The position numbers and the translations under genes were made by a program. Shown here in pieces: positions 41,700-55,587 of a stretch of DNA of 64,000 nucleotides. The stretch's first letter is position 1; each line of letters begins with the position of its first letter. The DNA comes from Eledone cirrhosa. Taxonomy: Eukaryota. Where the stretch lies: NCBI GenBank assembly GCA_964016885.1, contig OZ024751.1, positions 12,462,001 to 12,526,000 on the forward strand, read 5' to 3'. The notes under the pieces were generated by a model. The model saw nothing but the letters and a program-made list of their open reading frames with translations, did not search any database and was not told the origin of the DNA.

Positions 41700-42272
41700 G
41701 AATCCATACGTACATATATATATGTGTGCATGTATATATATATATACATACTACTGTATGTCTGTATACATATATGTATGTACGTGTACATACTTATATT
41801 TAAGTAACAGCCGTACTAAGAGTGGGAAATGAAATTTCGTTTCATTTTTTCCGTTTATCGTTTTCGGTGCACCCGGGCGATTAACCCACTCGATATGCAA
41901 ATTGGGCTACTCAGCCATTAATATGCATAAGGTAAGTATATACGTTCAACAATCTGGCAGGAAGGTATACGTTGCTGACGATAGCTAATAAGCTTGAAAC
42001 TAGTACAGCGTTCCTTTGTCAGTGTTGAACAAACGAGCAACGATGGTTGCTAGACACTACGGCTTAATACGGGATGTTTGTTTACAAACACACCGAGCAT
42101 TATAATAAATGTTCTGTGAATCCATACGTACATATATATATATGTGCATGTATGTATATATATATACATACATATATGTATACAGACATACAGTAGTATG
42201 TACGTGTACATACTTATATTTAAGTAACAGCCGTACTAAGAGTGGGAAATGAAATTTCGTTTCGTTTTTTCC

Positions 42273-42278
<6 letters not shown>
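41696..42278 (+). mobile_element. Partial-tandem ~420-bp hammerhead-bearing mini-element (retrozyme/PLE-like)
   Basis: 41700-41857 repeats at 42118-42276; one hammerhead lies between the repeats. Confidence 0.7.
41969..42011 (+). ncRNA. Intact minimal type I hammerhead ribozyme
   Basis: acgttg-CTGACGA-t-AGCT-aata-AGCT-t-GAAAC-ta-GTA-cagcgt: 6-bp stem I, palindromic stem III ACTAGT, GUA triplet. Confidence 0.8.
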
Positions 42279-42312
<34 letters not shown>

Positions 42313-42504
42313 ATCTCTCCCTCTATCTCTCTCTATCTCTCTCTCTCACATACACACACAAACACACACACACACACATTTATATATATATACGGAGTGG
42401 GAAAGAATGGGAGATAAAGAAATGATTATATGCTTATTTTATCATTTATTTGCTATACACATGTCTACATACATACATACATATTTGTATGTATGTATAT
42501 ATTT

Positions 42505-42561
<57 letters not shown>

Positions 42562-43015
42562 CACACACATATATATATATATATGTATTTACATGTATAT
42601 TTATGTATATACAAATCTGAACTGGTTCAGATTTGATTAAATCATAAAAGAATGAAAAGAAAACAACATGTAGAGTGTGGAAAGATGTTGAAGGGTACGA
42701 GGAGGTTCTGAGGTCTTGACATTTAACTTAACAATATAGTGATACGATGGAGCAGTATAGAATATCACCTACACCCAGTTTCATTTATTGGTAACATGTG
42801 TTACTGACTATCTATCTACACACATACATACACATGTATGTATACATGTGTATATATGTGCATGTATATATATATATATATATATATAGATACTTTCTAT
42901 ACTTTTCATTTATATTTATATAATATATATATATTATATATATATTATATATATTATATATATTATATATATGTAGGAGGTGAGTTTTATTATTATATAT
43001 ATATGTATATATATG

Positions 43016-43059
<44 letters not shown>

Positions 43060-43270
43060 GTGAGTGTGTGAATGTATGTATATGTATACATACATATTTA
43101 TGTATATGTACGTATATATGTATGTATGTATACGTGTATGTATATATATTTATGTATATATATGTATATATATTTGTATGTATATATATTTGTATGTATA
43201 CATATTTGTATGTCTATATGTATACATATTTATGTATATGTATGTCTATATATATGTATGAATACATATT

Positions 43271-43335
<65 letters not shown>

Positions 43336-43418
43336 TTTTGTGTGTATGTGAGAGAGAGAATGAGTATGTGTACGCGCGCGCACCTGCTTGTGCATGCGTG
43401 TTTTTTTTTATTTCGTGT

Positions 43419-43457
<39 letters not shown>

Positions 43458-43820
43458 CAATCCTGTGTGCGAATGTGTGTGTGTATGTGGTTTGATATAT
43501 TTGTATCGGTAATATTATCCTTGTTTTATATGAGTGATTGTGTCAGAGTGATCCTATGTTATGTGTGTCTATGTCTACATAATGTGTTAAAAATAAATAG
43601 CGTCTTAGCAGTCATGTGTGTGTGTGTGTGGATTATATGTTGGTATGTATGTATGTTGGTCTGTACGGACGTGTTCTCCTGTGTTTTACATAAAGGTTAG
43701 ATGCGGGGTTTTTTTTTTTTGGGGGGGGGGGGGTTGAGCAATTGGTTGGTTGTTTGTTTGTTTGTTGTTTTATTTCTTTGTAGAATCTCAGAAGACGGGA
43801 TAGGTGGTGTAGTATAAGAC

Positions 43821-43859
<39 letters not shown>

Positions 43860-44202
43860 GTCACTCTCTCTCTGTGTCTCTCTCACTCTATTTAGCTCTC
43901 TCTCTCTCTGTCTAGCTCTCTCTCTCTCTGTCTAGCTCTCTCTCTCTCTCTGTCTAGCTCACTCTCTCTCTGTCTAGCTCTCTCTGTCTCTGTCTACCTC
44001 TCTATCTCTCTCTCACTCTATCTCTCTCTCTCACTCTCTATCTCTCTCTCACTCTCTATCTCTCTCTCCCTCTCTCTCTCAGACATGCTTAGTGTGTCTG
44101 TGTATGTAGGTTTGTGTGTGTGAATAGGTGTTTTGAATGCGTTAATATGTTACGTCATTCCATACATTTCATTGATAAATATACAAACATTGGGGCATTT
44201 AT

Positions 44203-44264
<62 letters not shown>

Positions 44265-44274
44265 ATATATATAT

Positions 44275-44686
44275 ATGCTGTTGTACGGGCCTGGATATTG
44301 GACACTGACCAAGAAACCCACTCAGATGGTGGATGGGTGCTACATGAGAATGCTGAAGATGGCTCTGAAGATTAATCAGTATACACTGAGGATGAAAAAC
44401 CCAGAGCTATATGGGAGCCTCCCAAAAGTCAGCTCAAAAGTGACACAGAGGAGACTGAGGTTAGCTGGACATGCTCACCGACATCCAGAGTTGACATTGC
44501 ACTCAGTGCTCCTGTGGGAGCCCCAACATGGACACACTGGAAGAGGAAGACCAAGGTTAACGTATGTTGATGCCCTAAGGACAGACACTGGTCTGTTGGA
44601 GACGCAGGATATGGTAGCGATAATGAGGTACAGAGACCGCTGGAGAGAACTCGTCCATGGATCTCGGGAATTTTACCCGCCTTAGA
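44275..44686 (+). mobile_element. 5'-truncated RTE/RTE-X LINE 3' fragment in (TA)n
   Basis: LLYG..WTLTK...DGCYMRMLKMAL...ELYGSLPKVS...RRLRLAGH..RH......LLWEP.HG...RGRP..TYVD, typical of an RTE-X ORF2 C-terminus. Confidence 0.85.
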
Positions 44687-44721
<35 letters not shown>

Positions 44722-45073
44722 TATATATGTAAATGTCTGCATACATAAATGTGTGTGTGTGTGAGTACTAAAGCGGCCAGACAAATTTGCATAGCGTGCA
44801 TTCGCTAGCAATATGATTAATTAAGCAATATATAATTAAACACAACACAGCTTATTTTGCAAAATCTAGTACACATTTAATGTGTACTAGATTTAATGTG
44901 TAACTGTTATTTAAGCTTTGCGATTTTCTACGTACTGAGTTCAAATCAAGACATGAATAATGTTTTTCCTTTGGTCCTTTTGGAATCGATAAAATAAAGT
45001 CCTCATCCAAAGTGGTGAATTGATGGAAGTCGTAGAGCGTTCAACAAAATACCAAGCGTTAGTTATTGAGGTT

Positions 45074-45280
45074 TGGATTGGCAGTATCGGTAGAGCGTCA
45101 GACACCATGCCTTGCAGGATAGTTATGGCCATTTGTCTTCTGACTTCAAATCCCGCCGAGGCTAGTTTTGCTTTTCCTCCTTACGCGGTCGATAAAATAA
45201 ACCACCAGTAAAGTACTGGGGTAGAGTTTAATTGACTCGCCCCAACGCCAAAATTGTGCCTAAAATAGAAACAGTTATTT
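45074..45280 (+). mobile_element. tRNA-derived SINE
   Basis: ggattggcagtatcggtag...ttcaaatcccgccgagg...gtcgataaaataa. Confidence 0.8.
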
Positions 45281-45567
45281 ATTGAGGTTCTGAGTTCGCG
45301 TGATACTACATCGGTGCTAAGCTTATCCTATAGAGAATATGAATGGCTCTGGGATATAACAAGTGCATATACATGGGCCACTGTGTCTAAAGCAGTCTTC
45401 TATATATATGTGTATGCTCATATGATCCAGAAATAGAGGCTGTTACATATTTAAAAATCAAGAAAGCTTACTACGTATATTTCTCAATATAGTAAATATA
45501 TTTTTATAAATATTTTTGTAATAAATACAGATTGTATTATATGTATATGTGTGTGTGTGTGTATATA

Positions 45568-45960
45568 TATATTAATAAAAGGAATTCCAACTTTGTCTGA
45601 TTTACTCGTTTTATTTACAATACTTTAAAATTTATAATGGTATAAGAATGAAATAGTATGGTAGAATATTAAATGTTAAGTGTTAATTGAACAAGTACTT
45701 TCATGCTTTCGCAATCTTCAGGTTCATAATGTGTGGTGACAGTCAAGTTTGCAATGTTCAACTGTTGAAAATTGCAAACTTGACTGTCACCACACATTAT
45801 GAACCTGAAGATTGCGAAAGCATGAAAGTACTTGTTCAATTAACACTTAACATTTAATATTCTACCATACTATTTCATTCTAATACCATTATATAAATTT
45901 TAAAGTATTGTAAATAAAACGAGTAAATCAGACAAAGTTGGAATTCCTTTTATTAATATA
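45568..45960. mobile_element. ~190-bp-arm inverted repeat with one intact hammerhead on each strand
   Basis: Arms 45568-45755 and 45771-45960 are nearly perfect reverse complements. Confidence 0.88.
45800..45838 (+). ncRNA. Intact minimal type I hammerhead ribozyme (mirror copy 45688-45726 on minus)
   Basis: tgaac-CTGAAGA-t-TGC-gaaa-GCA-t-GAAAG-ta-CTT-gttca: 5-bp stem I, GAAA tetraloop on stem II, palindromic stem III AAGTACTT. Confidence 0.8.
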
Positions 45961-45998
45961 ATCTTCTATACACAATCATACACACACGTATATATTTA

Positions 45999-46073
<75 letters not shown>

Positions 46074-46285
46074 CGAAGGAAATGTGGTAAGGAACGAGAT
46101 GGACCATAACGCACCAAAGTACTCAATACTTAAGGTAGTAGAGTGGGTAATAGGAACGAGTAGGACCCCGACGGCTGAGCTCAAGCCGTTTCGACGGCTA
46201 ATTCTGGACTAAAAAAGTCCAGAATTTAGTCCAGAATTAGCCGTCGAAACGGCTTGAGCTCAGCCGTCGGGGTCCTACTCGTTCC

Positions 46286-48179
<1,894 letters not shown>

Positions 48180-48377
48180 TGTTATACTTGGGGTGGGTCA
48201 TATTTGTGTAATATTGCCAGAATTAATAACAGAACACACTCACTGTTTGGTTGGTTTTCGCTTCTCGCTGTCTTCGGTAATCTAACTTACTCGGTCCTCA
48301 ATGTTGCCATTGACTGACCGACGGTCAAAAATAATACAGATACAACATAGACACAAACACATATATATAGTTTATTA

Positions 48378-48417
48378 TAAATCTTTCGTTGCACATCTGC
48401 AACATCGTCAGTGGTGT
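48378..48417 (-). ncRNA. Hammerhead core in the PLE 3' UTR (stems I/III decayed)
   Basis: Minus strand: CTGACGA-t-GTTGCA-gatg-TGCAAC-GAAA-gattta. Confidence 0.6.
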
Positions 48418-48642
48418 TATATTTTCCTCCTGTTGTGTTGTATGTCTACGCCATTTTTATTCAGTCTGTCTATATATTTATTTATTTATTTGCTTGTTTG
48501 CTTATTTTATTTTGTCTTCTTTGCGCGTGTGTATAGTGTTATGTTTGCTGTGTGATGGGTGACTAGTGTGTGTTTATGTGCTTGTTGTTATTGAGCTTGT
48601 GTATGTATTTATTTATTTATTTATCTTATTTTATTTACTTAT

Positions 48643-49105
48643 TTATACTTCTCTTAGGTCAGTGTTGTTTGTTTGGGTGTTGTTGTTGTTCCATTCATTC
48701 TTTCTGTTTAGTCTTGGTCTTCTAATTTCTATTTCACTGGCCTCTCTGATTTGCCTATCTGCTGGGTCATTTCTATGTTTAGATATTATTCTAATTTCTA
48801 TGTTGTCTATGTTACCGTCATGTTGTTGTCTAGCATGTTCGTATAGTACTGACCCGTTTTTTGGTCCTTTTAGTTCCCCCCAGTGTTGGTCTATCCTTTC
48901 ACCTATGCTACGAGCTGTCTCATCCATGTATGTTGTTGTCATGTTTCTGCAAGTACCCTCTGTACATCTTATGCTATAGACTACGTTTCTAGTGTTACAG
49001 TTTATCCGGGGGTTCACCTTACATATGATACATTTCCTATTGGTACAGTGGGTTTTCTTAAAAGGGTTTTCTCTGATAGGTTTCAGCCAGTATTGGGGCA
49101 GGCCA
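48643..49105 (-). CDS. PLE GIY-YIG (Uri) endonuclease domain fragment (Neptune/Nematis-like, C-x4-C-x2-C linker)
   Basis: RENPFKKTHCTNRKCIICKVNPRINCNTRNVVYSIRCTEGTC...YMDETARSIGERIDQH...SVLYEHARQQH...RQIREASEI...LNRKNEW. The YIG motif is degraded to YMD. Confidence 0.85.
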
Positions 49106-49237
49106 TGTGTAACTTAATACACCGCAATTTGTATTTATACAAGTATAAATTTATAAGCAAATTTATTCTACGACGCAATTAAGCTTCATTTACTAAAGAT
49201 AAAATCAAACGAATTATAAATCTCTCTCTCTCTCTCG

Positions 49238-49276
<39 letters not shown>

Positions 49277-49307
49277 ACTCCCTCTCTCTCTCTCTCACTC
49301 TCTCTCC

Positions 49308-49341
<34 letters not shown>

Positions 49342-49503
49342 CATAAAAAACGAAGTGTGGTAAGAAACCAGGTGGGCCATAACGCACCAGAGTACTCAAT
49401 ACTTAGGGTAGGCTTGAGCTCTGCCGTCAGGGTCTTGAACATTTTCCCATATATATATATATAATAATATATATATGTATATGTTATATGTATATACACA
49501 TAT

Positions 49504-49911
49504 AATTGTTTCTACTTCTGGCACAAAGCCAGCAATACCCCAGTACATTACTGGTACTTTATTTTATCGACCCCGTAAGGATGAAAGGCAAAGTTAACCT
49601 CGGCGGTATTTGAACTCAGACCGTAAAGGGACATAACTCTTTGCGTCAAAGTATGGCGTCCGACCCTCTACTGATACTGCCAATCCACATATATAATATA
49701 ATGTAATATATATATATTATATTAGAAGGGCGGTGGATTGGCAGTATCGGCAGAGGGTCGGACGCCATGCTTTCCAGCATAGTTACGTCCCTTTACGATC
49801 TGAGTTCAAATCCCGCGAAGGTAACTTTGCCTTTCATCTATACGGGGTCGATAAAATAAAGTACCAGTAATGCACTGGGTAATTGCTGGCCTTGTGCCAA
49901 AAAGTAGAAAC

Positions 49912-49956
<45 letters not shown>

Positions 49957-50092
49957 TATATATATATATATTACATTATATTATCGCCGAGGTTAACTTT
50001 GCCTTTCATCCTTACGGGTCGATAAAATAAAATAAAGTACCAGTAACGTACTGGGGTAATTGCTGGCCTTGTGCCAAAAGTAGATACAATTA
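49504..50092. mobile_element. Head-to-head SINE pair (49504-49688 -, 49727-49915 +) plus a 3' fragment (49985-50092 +)
   Basis: Same SINE consensus. Confidence 0.88.
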
Positions 50093-50427
50093 TACATGTA
50101 TACACCTACACCTACACAACCACTTCCATATGCACAAAGATTAATTGAGGTTTCTAGTTAAATGTCAAATCACTTGTCAATTAAAACCCGATAATGTCCC
50201 ACAAGGTGCCGCCTCTTGTATCAGCCATTCAGCATAGGGTCTGAACTTCACTTTCAGACAACACCCTGTTTTATTCTTGTTTATCTTGTTGTTTTCTACT
50301 TGTTTATTCTTGTCTGTTTTCTGATATATATTTTTGTTGTTTTACTTTTTTTATTTGATTAATATTCGTACGAGCGTTTCCGAATTTTGTATTTCTGATA
50401 AATCATTTTTCACGTGTGACAGTGAAG

Positions 50428-50482
<55 letters not shown>

Positions 50483-51589
50483 GTGTGTGTGTGTGTGTTT
50501 ATCCCAGGTTCAATCTGGGTTAACCACAGTAAGTAAGGTACTCAATACATAGCACTGTAAATATTTAATATAGAAATGGCTTGTACAGTACTAGAACTTA
50601 CCGGATGATTTCTTCCAAATGAAACAGTTCTAGTCCTGTAGAAGCCATTTCAATATTATATATATGTGTGTGAGTACATGAACCCCCCAAACCACACACA
50701 CATACACACATATATATATATACATATATCATATATATATATATATATATATAAATTATATAAATGTATATATATATGTGTATATATATATATGTATATA
50801 TATATATACATATATATAAGTATAAATATATATATACTGTATATATATATATATATATATATATATGTAGGAGGTGAGTTTTATTGTAGTACAATAAAGC
50901 AATGCAGATATCGGATAAGAAGCACTCTACAGTTTGTAGGACTGGAGTATACATAATATATAAGAACAAATGAAATGCGCATAATAAAATACATGGAACT
51001 CTTTTAACCATCTTTTGTTCTTATATATATTATATATATATATATATACGTTTTAGGTCTATGAGGTCACGCAATCTCTGTACACACCCACCTTTTCGTA
51101 ATTAAAGGCACACATATACTCATAGAAACACACAAAACACACACACTCACATACACAAACACAATCACATACACACACCCACAAACACCCGCTCATGCAC
51201 ATACACACACACACTCACGCACGCACACCCCCTCACGTATATACACACACACCTTCTCACTCACATACACACACACACACACACACATATACATACACAT
51301 ACACACACATACACATACACTCTGACATAACGAGGTCATAGATCAATGGCGTTGATAAAAAGTTATCGGTGGGTTGCAAGGCCTAACATTGTTTTAAAAT
51401 GTTACCATGAAAAGATCAAATAGAAGAAAAAAGACGCTGAGAATAGAAGGATTTTATATAAAAACCATTATAATATATAAAAACCATTATAAAAATAGTA
51501 AGACTATATACACCTTTGTTGTATGTAAGAATTGGTGTGTTTAGAACTGTGTATAGTGGTATATATACTGAGGGGGGGGGGGGTAGAGA

Positions 51590-53335
51590 TAGATAGATAA
51601 CTTTCTTTTTATTTGCCACCAGGGCGTCAAAGAGTGGGGCAAGTTCAATGGGGGAGTTTACATAAAAAGGCGTCCTCAATAAGGAGGAGGCAATGACAAA
51701 ATATAAAAATATAAGATATAAAATATAACAAAATTAAAATGAATAACAAAATCCTCAATAGGGAGGAGGCGCCTTGGGGGTCGCACACACCCCCGAAAAA
51801 GTGTGCAACCCTTCTCTTCAGGAGCACAGAGAGAGGGTGCTCCCTTGATCTTTCATCTTTCTCACCTACAGTCTAATGTAGAGTGAAGGCCCATTCACAC
51901 GGGCCATTCTCACCACTTTCACCCATCTTTCATAAAAACGGCTGGGGTGCAGCACCTCTCTCTCCATCCTGATCCTTCTTCCGAAATGATATCGGAAGAA
52001 ACGGATCAGTTGTTGGCCAGAGAGAAAGGTCTCTGACCTCAGTCCTTTCAGACGCGTCCACCATACAACCTCTTTCGCCATGGCTATTACGCACAGAAAC
52101 ACCGCCTCTCCTTCGTTTTTGAAGAGGGGAGGCGGCTTGATCGTTACAATAGACTCGGTGGTCAACCGGATCGGTCCCACCCGTGACAGCAGTCGTTCGA
52201 CATAGCCCCACAGATCGGCAACGCCCGAGTAGTGTACCAATGCGTGTCCAACGGTTTCCTCGTCGCACACGCATCTGGGACAGATCTTTTTCGAGGGGTC
52301 CCTACCCGGGCGCCCGTGTCTGTAGAGCCTTTCTCGAACGGACAGAAGTTATCCATAGGTCCCGGGCTGAATGTCCTACCGAACAGGTTGGCCAGTTCGT
52401 TTTCCTCCATGCCTAGGGTTTTTCCGAGGGTGTCGTCGCACCTGCTATCCACCAGCCCTCAATAGAATGACGAGGTGGATTCTCCACTGACAGCCGGGTC
52501 CGCCTGCCAGAGAGCCGTGAGCGCTCGGGCACACTCGGTGTGCCAGGCGCCCAGTTTTCTCGGTCTTTGCTTGACCCAGGATTGCAGCGAGACGAGTCTG
52601 GGAAAGGCTCGTCTCACAAACGGGGCCCACACCGGTTGACCGGTGAGGAATACCTGGAGGTGACGTAGCCTTACTGCGGGTTTACGCATCATCAGCCACG
52701 GCATTCCCAGCCCTCCTTTCGAAGGGTGTTGACAGCAGATGCATCTCCTCACCATAGGAGCCCGCTTCTTCCAAAGGAATTGGAAGAGTGCACGCTCCAT
52801 TTTGGCGAGCGTTTCTCTTGGAAAAGGCACGACGGTCAGGAGGTAGTAGATGACGGACGCTATATAAGTGTTCGCCACCTCCGCCCGACCTTTCAGGGAC
52901 AGTTTGCACTAGGCCCACTTCTGGGTCAGTGCAAACACCCTGTTCGTTACCTCACTCCAGTCTTTCTCCACCTGGAGGTCTGGTCCGAACCAGACCCCGA
53001 GCAACTTCACCGGGCCCTCCGTCCAGCGCCCGACGACGCCATCGGAGGGCATCGATTTGCCCCTCCACGTGCCGAGTTGCAGACCGATCAACTTGTCCCG
53101 GTTCAGATTAGCCCCTGTAAACCGTTCGTACTCCTCCAGTAAGGTGCCGATCGCTCCGATTTCCGAGGCCGTCGACACCATTACTGTTACGTCATCGGCG
53201 TAGGCCGACACCGCTTTCCGCAATCCCGGTTCCAACAGGATGCCCTGCAACAACTCCAACTTCCGCAACAGTCATTACATACAGAAGGGACGAGAGAGGA
53301 CACCCTTGTCGGATGGACCACGCGATTTGGGGTAG
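51590..53335 (-). mobile_element. 5'-truncated, frameshifted Tx1/L1-clade LINE (RT C-terminal half + zinc-binding C-terminus) with a (TATC)n 3' flank
   Basis: IRQGCPLS, SAYADDVTV, KLLGVWFG, GGLGMP, CDEETVGHALVH...LWGYV; 3' end gtggcaaataaaaagaaagt-(tatc)n. Confidence 0.9.
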
Positions 53336-53382
53336 AGATAGATAGATAGGTAGTTATATAGAGACAGATATATAGATCGATA

Positions 53383-53660
53383 GACACCTGGATATGGCGT
53401 AGCCTCAGCGCCTGTTTGCGCATCATCAGCCACGGCATTCCCAACCCTCCGTTAGAAGGGTGTTGACAGAAGATGGATCTCCACACCAATAGAGCCTGTT
53501 TCTTCCAGAGGAACTTGAAGAGTAGGCGTTCCATTTTGGTGAGGTATTCGCGGGAACAAGGCACAACTGTCAAGCGGTAATAGATGACGGACGCTATGTA
53601 AGTGTTCGCCACCTCCGCTCGACCTTTCAAGGAGAGTTCACACTCAGCCCACTTCTGGGT
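53383..53660 (-). mobile_element. Second, diverged internal fragment of the same Tx1 family
   Basis: QKWAECELSLKGRAEVANTYIASVIYY...GGLGMPWLMMRK parallels 52650-52926; bounded by TATC-like sequence. Confidence 0.85.
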
Positions 53661-53803
53661 AGATAGATAGGTAGTTACATACACTACAAGCAAAAACATC
53701 CCTCTGAATTAACCCTCCAATCGAAACAATTTTCACTAACCACCATAGGAACATCAGACATTCTCATACGCCATGTATAATCTTGTTTCCATTACCATTG
53801 TAA

Positions 53804-53891
53804 GGGGTCTGACGATCCGCGAATTACAGAGTAGGGCTAGATCGATACAGATCAAACCTTGAGCTAATCAGTGGCGAAACGCGCGTCACCT
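53804..53891 (+). ncRNA. Type I hammerhead with a long stem II insertion, in a ~280-bp PLE-like insert (53670-53945)
   Basis: gggt-CTGACGA-t-CCGC...GTGG-c-GAAACG-cg-CGTC-acct; palindromic ACGCGCGT; AATAAA follows. Confidence 0.75.
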
Positions 53892-54440
53892 ACCAATAAA
53901 CGTAATGAAGGAGTAACCAATCATCCTTGTTTTATTTTATTTTACTAGAGACAGATATATAGGTAGTTAGATAGGTATATATATATATAGAGAGAGAGAG
54001 AATGATAGTCAGGCATATGCTCTTTTACTCTTTTACCTGTTCCAGCCATCCGGCTGAGGCCATGCTGGGGCACCACCCTTAGATATTTTTATAGACAGAG
54101 ATAGATGGAGAAGAGACAGATAGATAGAATGCGAGATATATAGAGAGGGTGACATTGATAGATAGGTAGTTATATATAGAAAGATTTATAGAAAGTTAGA
54201 TAGATATTTATGTAGACAGATATATAAATAGGTAGATAGATGGATATAGAGAGAGAGATAGGTAGTTACATAGAGATAGATAGTTAGAGAGCTGGATATA
54301 TCGATATAGAGAGAGAGAAAATGATAGTCAGACATGTATATATAAAGATATGTAGATAATTTGTTAGATATATATTTATAGAGAGATATACATGGGAAGG
54401 AGACACACACATACACACATACACATACACACATACATAC

Positions 54441-54940
54441 ATGGTGGCTGCCAATTCGTTTTCGAGTACGGCCACTACTTTATATCCATGTAGGAGAACC
54501 CCTACCGATGCGCTGAACGAGTGTGACTTTTTAGTCCAGCCAGCGACTTGAAAACTCTGGTACAAACACTACACTTGTGACAATTATTGACACATAGTGC
54601 TGGGCCCATGGTACCATGTGACGACAAGTGCAGAGAGATCTCCAGATACAAAGCAATGCCTGTGCCGTGAAGCTTTTATAGTGAGCAAAGGCACTGCACA
54701 AAGCCAGTCCCACTCTCTTAACCAAGATGATATTTACCAAAAAGAAGAACAAGTCAACATCATTGGATACCATCAGGGTTGTAGGTGTTATATCAGAGTT
54801 GTCCTTCTCCTAGAATTCTGCTATGACAAAGGCTAAGGGGTCATCTCTCCCGGTGATTTTGGATGGCCATTGACTCTTAAGAGCTCCTTTGCCCTTTGAC
54901 AGGTTTTGTTTTTAGTCCTGCAGGATGTCCAAAGTCACCC
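54441..54940 (-). mobile_element. Non-autonomous RTE-derived element, copy 4 (5'-truncated)
   Basis: Same 3' end; stops at aaagtcaccc. Confidence 0.88.
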
Positions 54941-54957
54941 AAACATACATACATACA

Positions 54958-55520
54958 TGGTGGTGGCTGCCAACTCGTTTTCTAGTACGGCCACTACTTT
55001 ATATCCATGTAGGAGAACCCCTACCGATGCGCTGAACGAATGTGACTTTTTAGTCCAGCCAGCGACTTGAAAACTCTGGTACAAAGACTACACTTGTGAC
55101 CATTATTGACACATAGTGCAGGGCCCATGGTACCATGTGATGACAAGTGCAGAGAGATCTCCAGATATAAAGCAATGCCTGGGCTGTGAAGCTTTTATAG
55201 TGAGCAAAGGCACTGCACAAAGCCAGTCCCACTCTCTTAACCAAGATGATATTTACCAAAAAGAAAAACAAGTCAACATCATTGGATACCATCAGGGTTG
55301 CAGGTGTTATATCAGAGTTTTCCTTCTCCTTGAATTCTGCCTTGACAAAGGCTAAGGGGTCATCTCTCCCGGTGATTTTGGATGGCTATTGACTCTTAAG
55401 AGCTCCCTTGCCCTTTGACAGGTTTTGTTTTTAGTCCTGCAGGATGTCCAAAGTCACCCTCCTCACCAAGAAACCTTGGTGGGGTTGCCAGTTTAGTCGC
55501 CAACGACCCTACCATGAGAC
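54958..55520 (-). mobile_element. Non-autonomous RTE-derived element, copy 5 (5'-truncated), tandem to copy 4
   Basis: Separated from copy 4 only by a short (CATA)n tract. Confidence 0.88.
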
Positions 55521-55549
55521 ATACATACATACATGCATACATACATACA

Positions 55550-55587
<38 letters not shown>

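Larger units (their letters stand above)
48180..49110 (-). mobile_element. 5'-truncated Penelope-like element: Zn-finger linker + GIY-YIG endonuclease + long 3' UTR ending in (TA)n
   Basis: See CDS 48643-49105 and the hammerhead core at 48378-48417 on the same strand. Confidence 0.85.

Noticed and set aside
44863-44900. Short palindrome aaatctagtacacatt-t-aatgtgtactagattt
   Set aside because: Single copy in the window; best explained as a local replication/repair fold-back.
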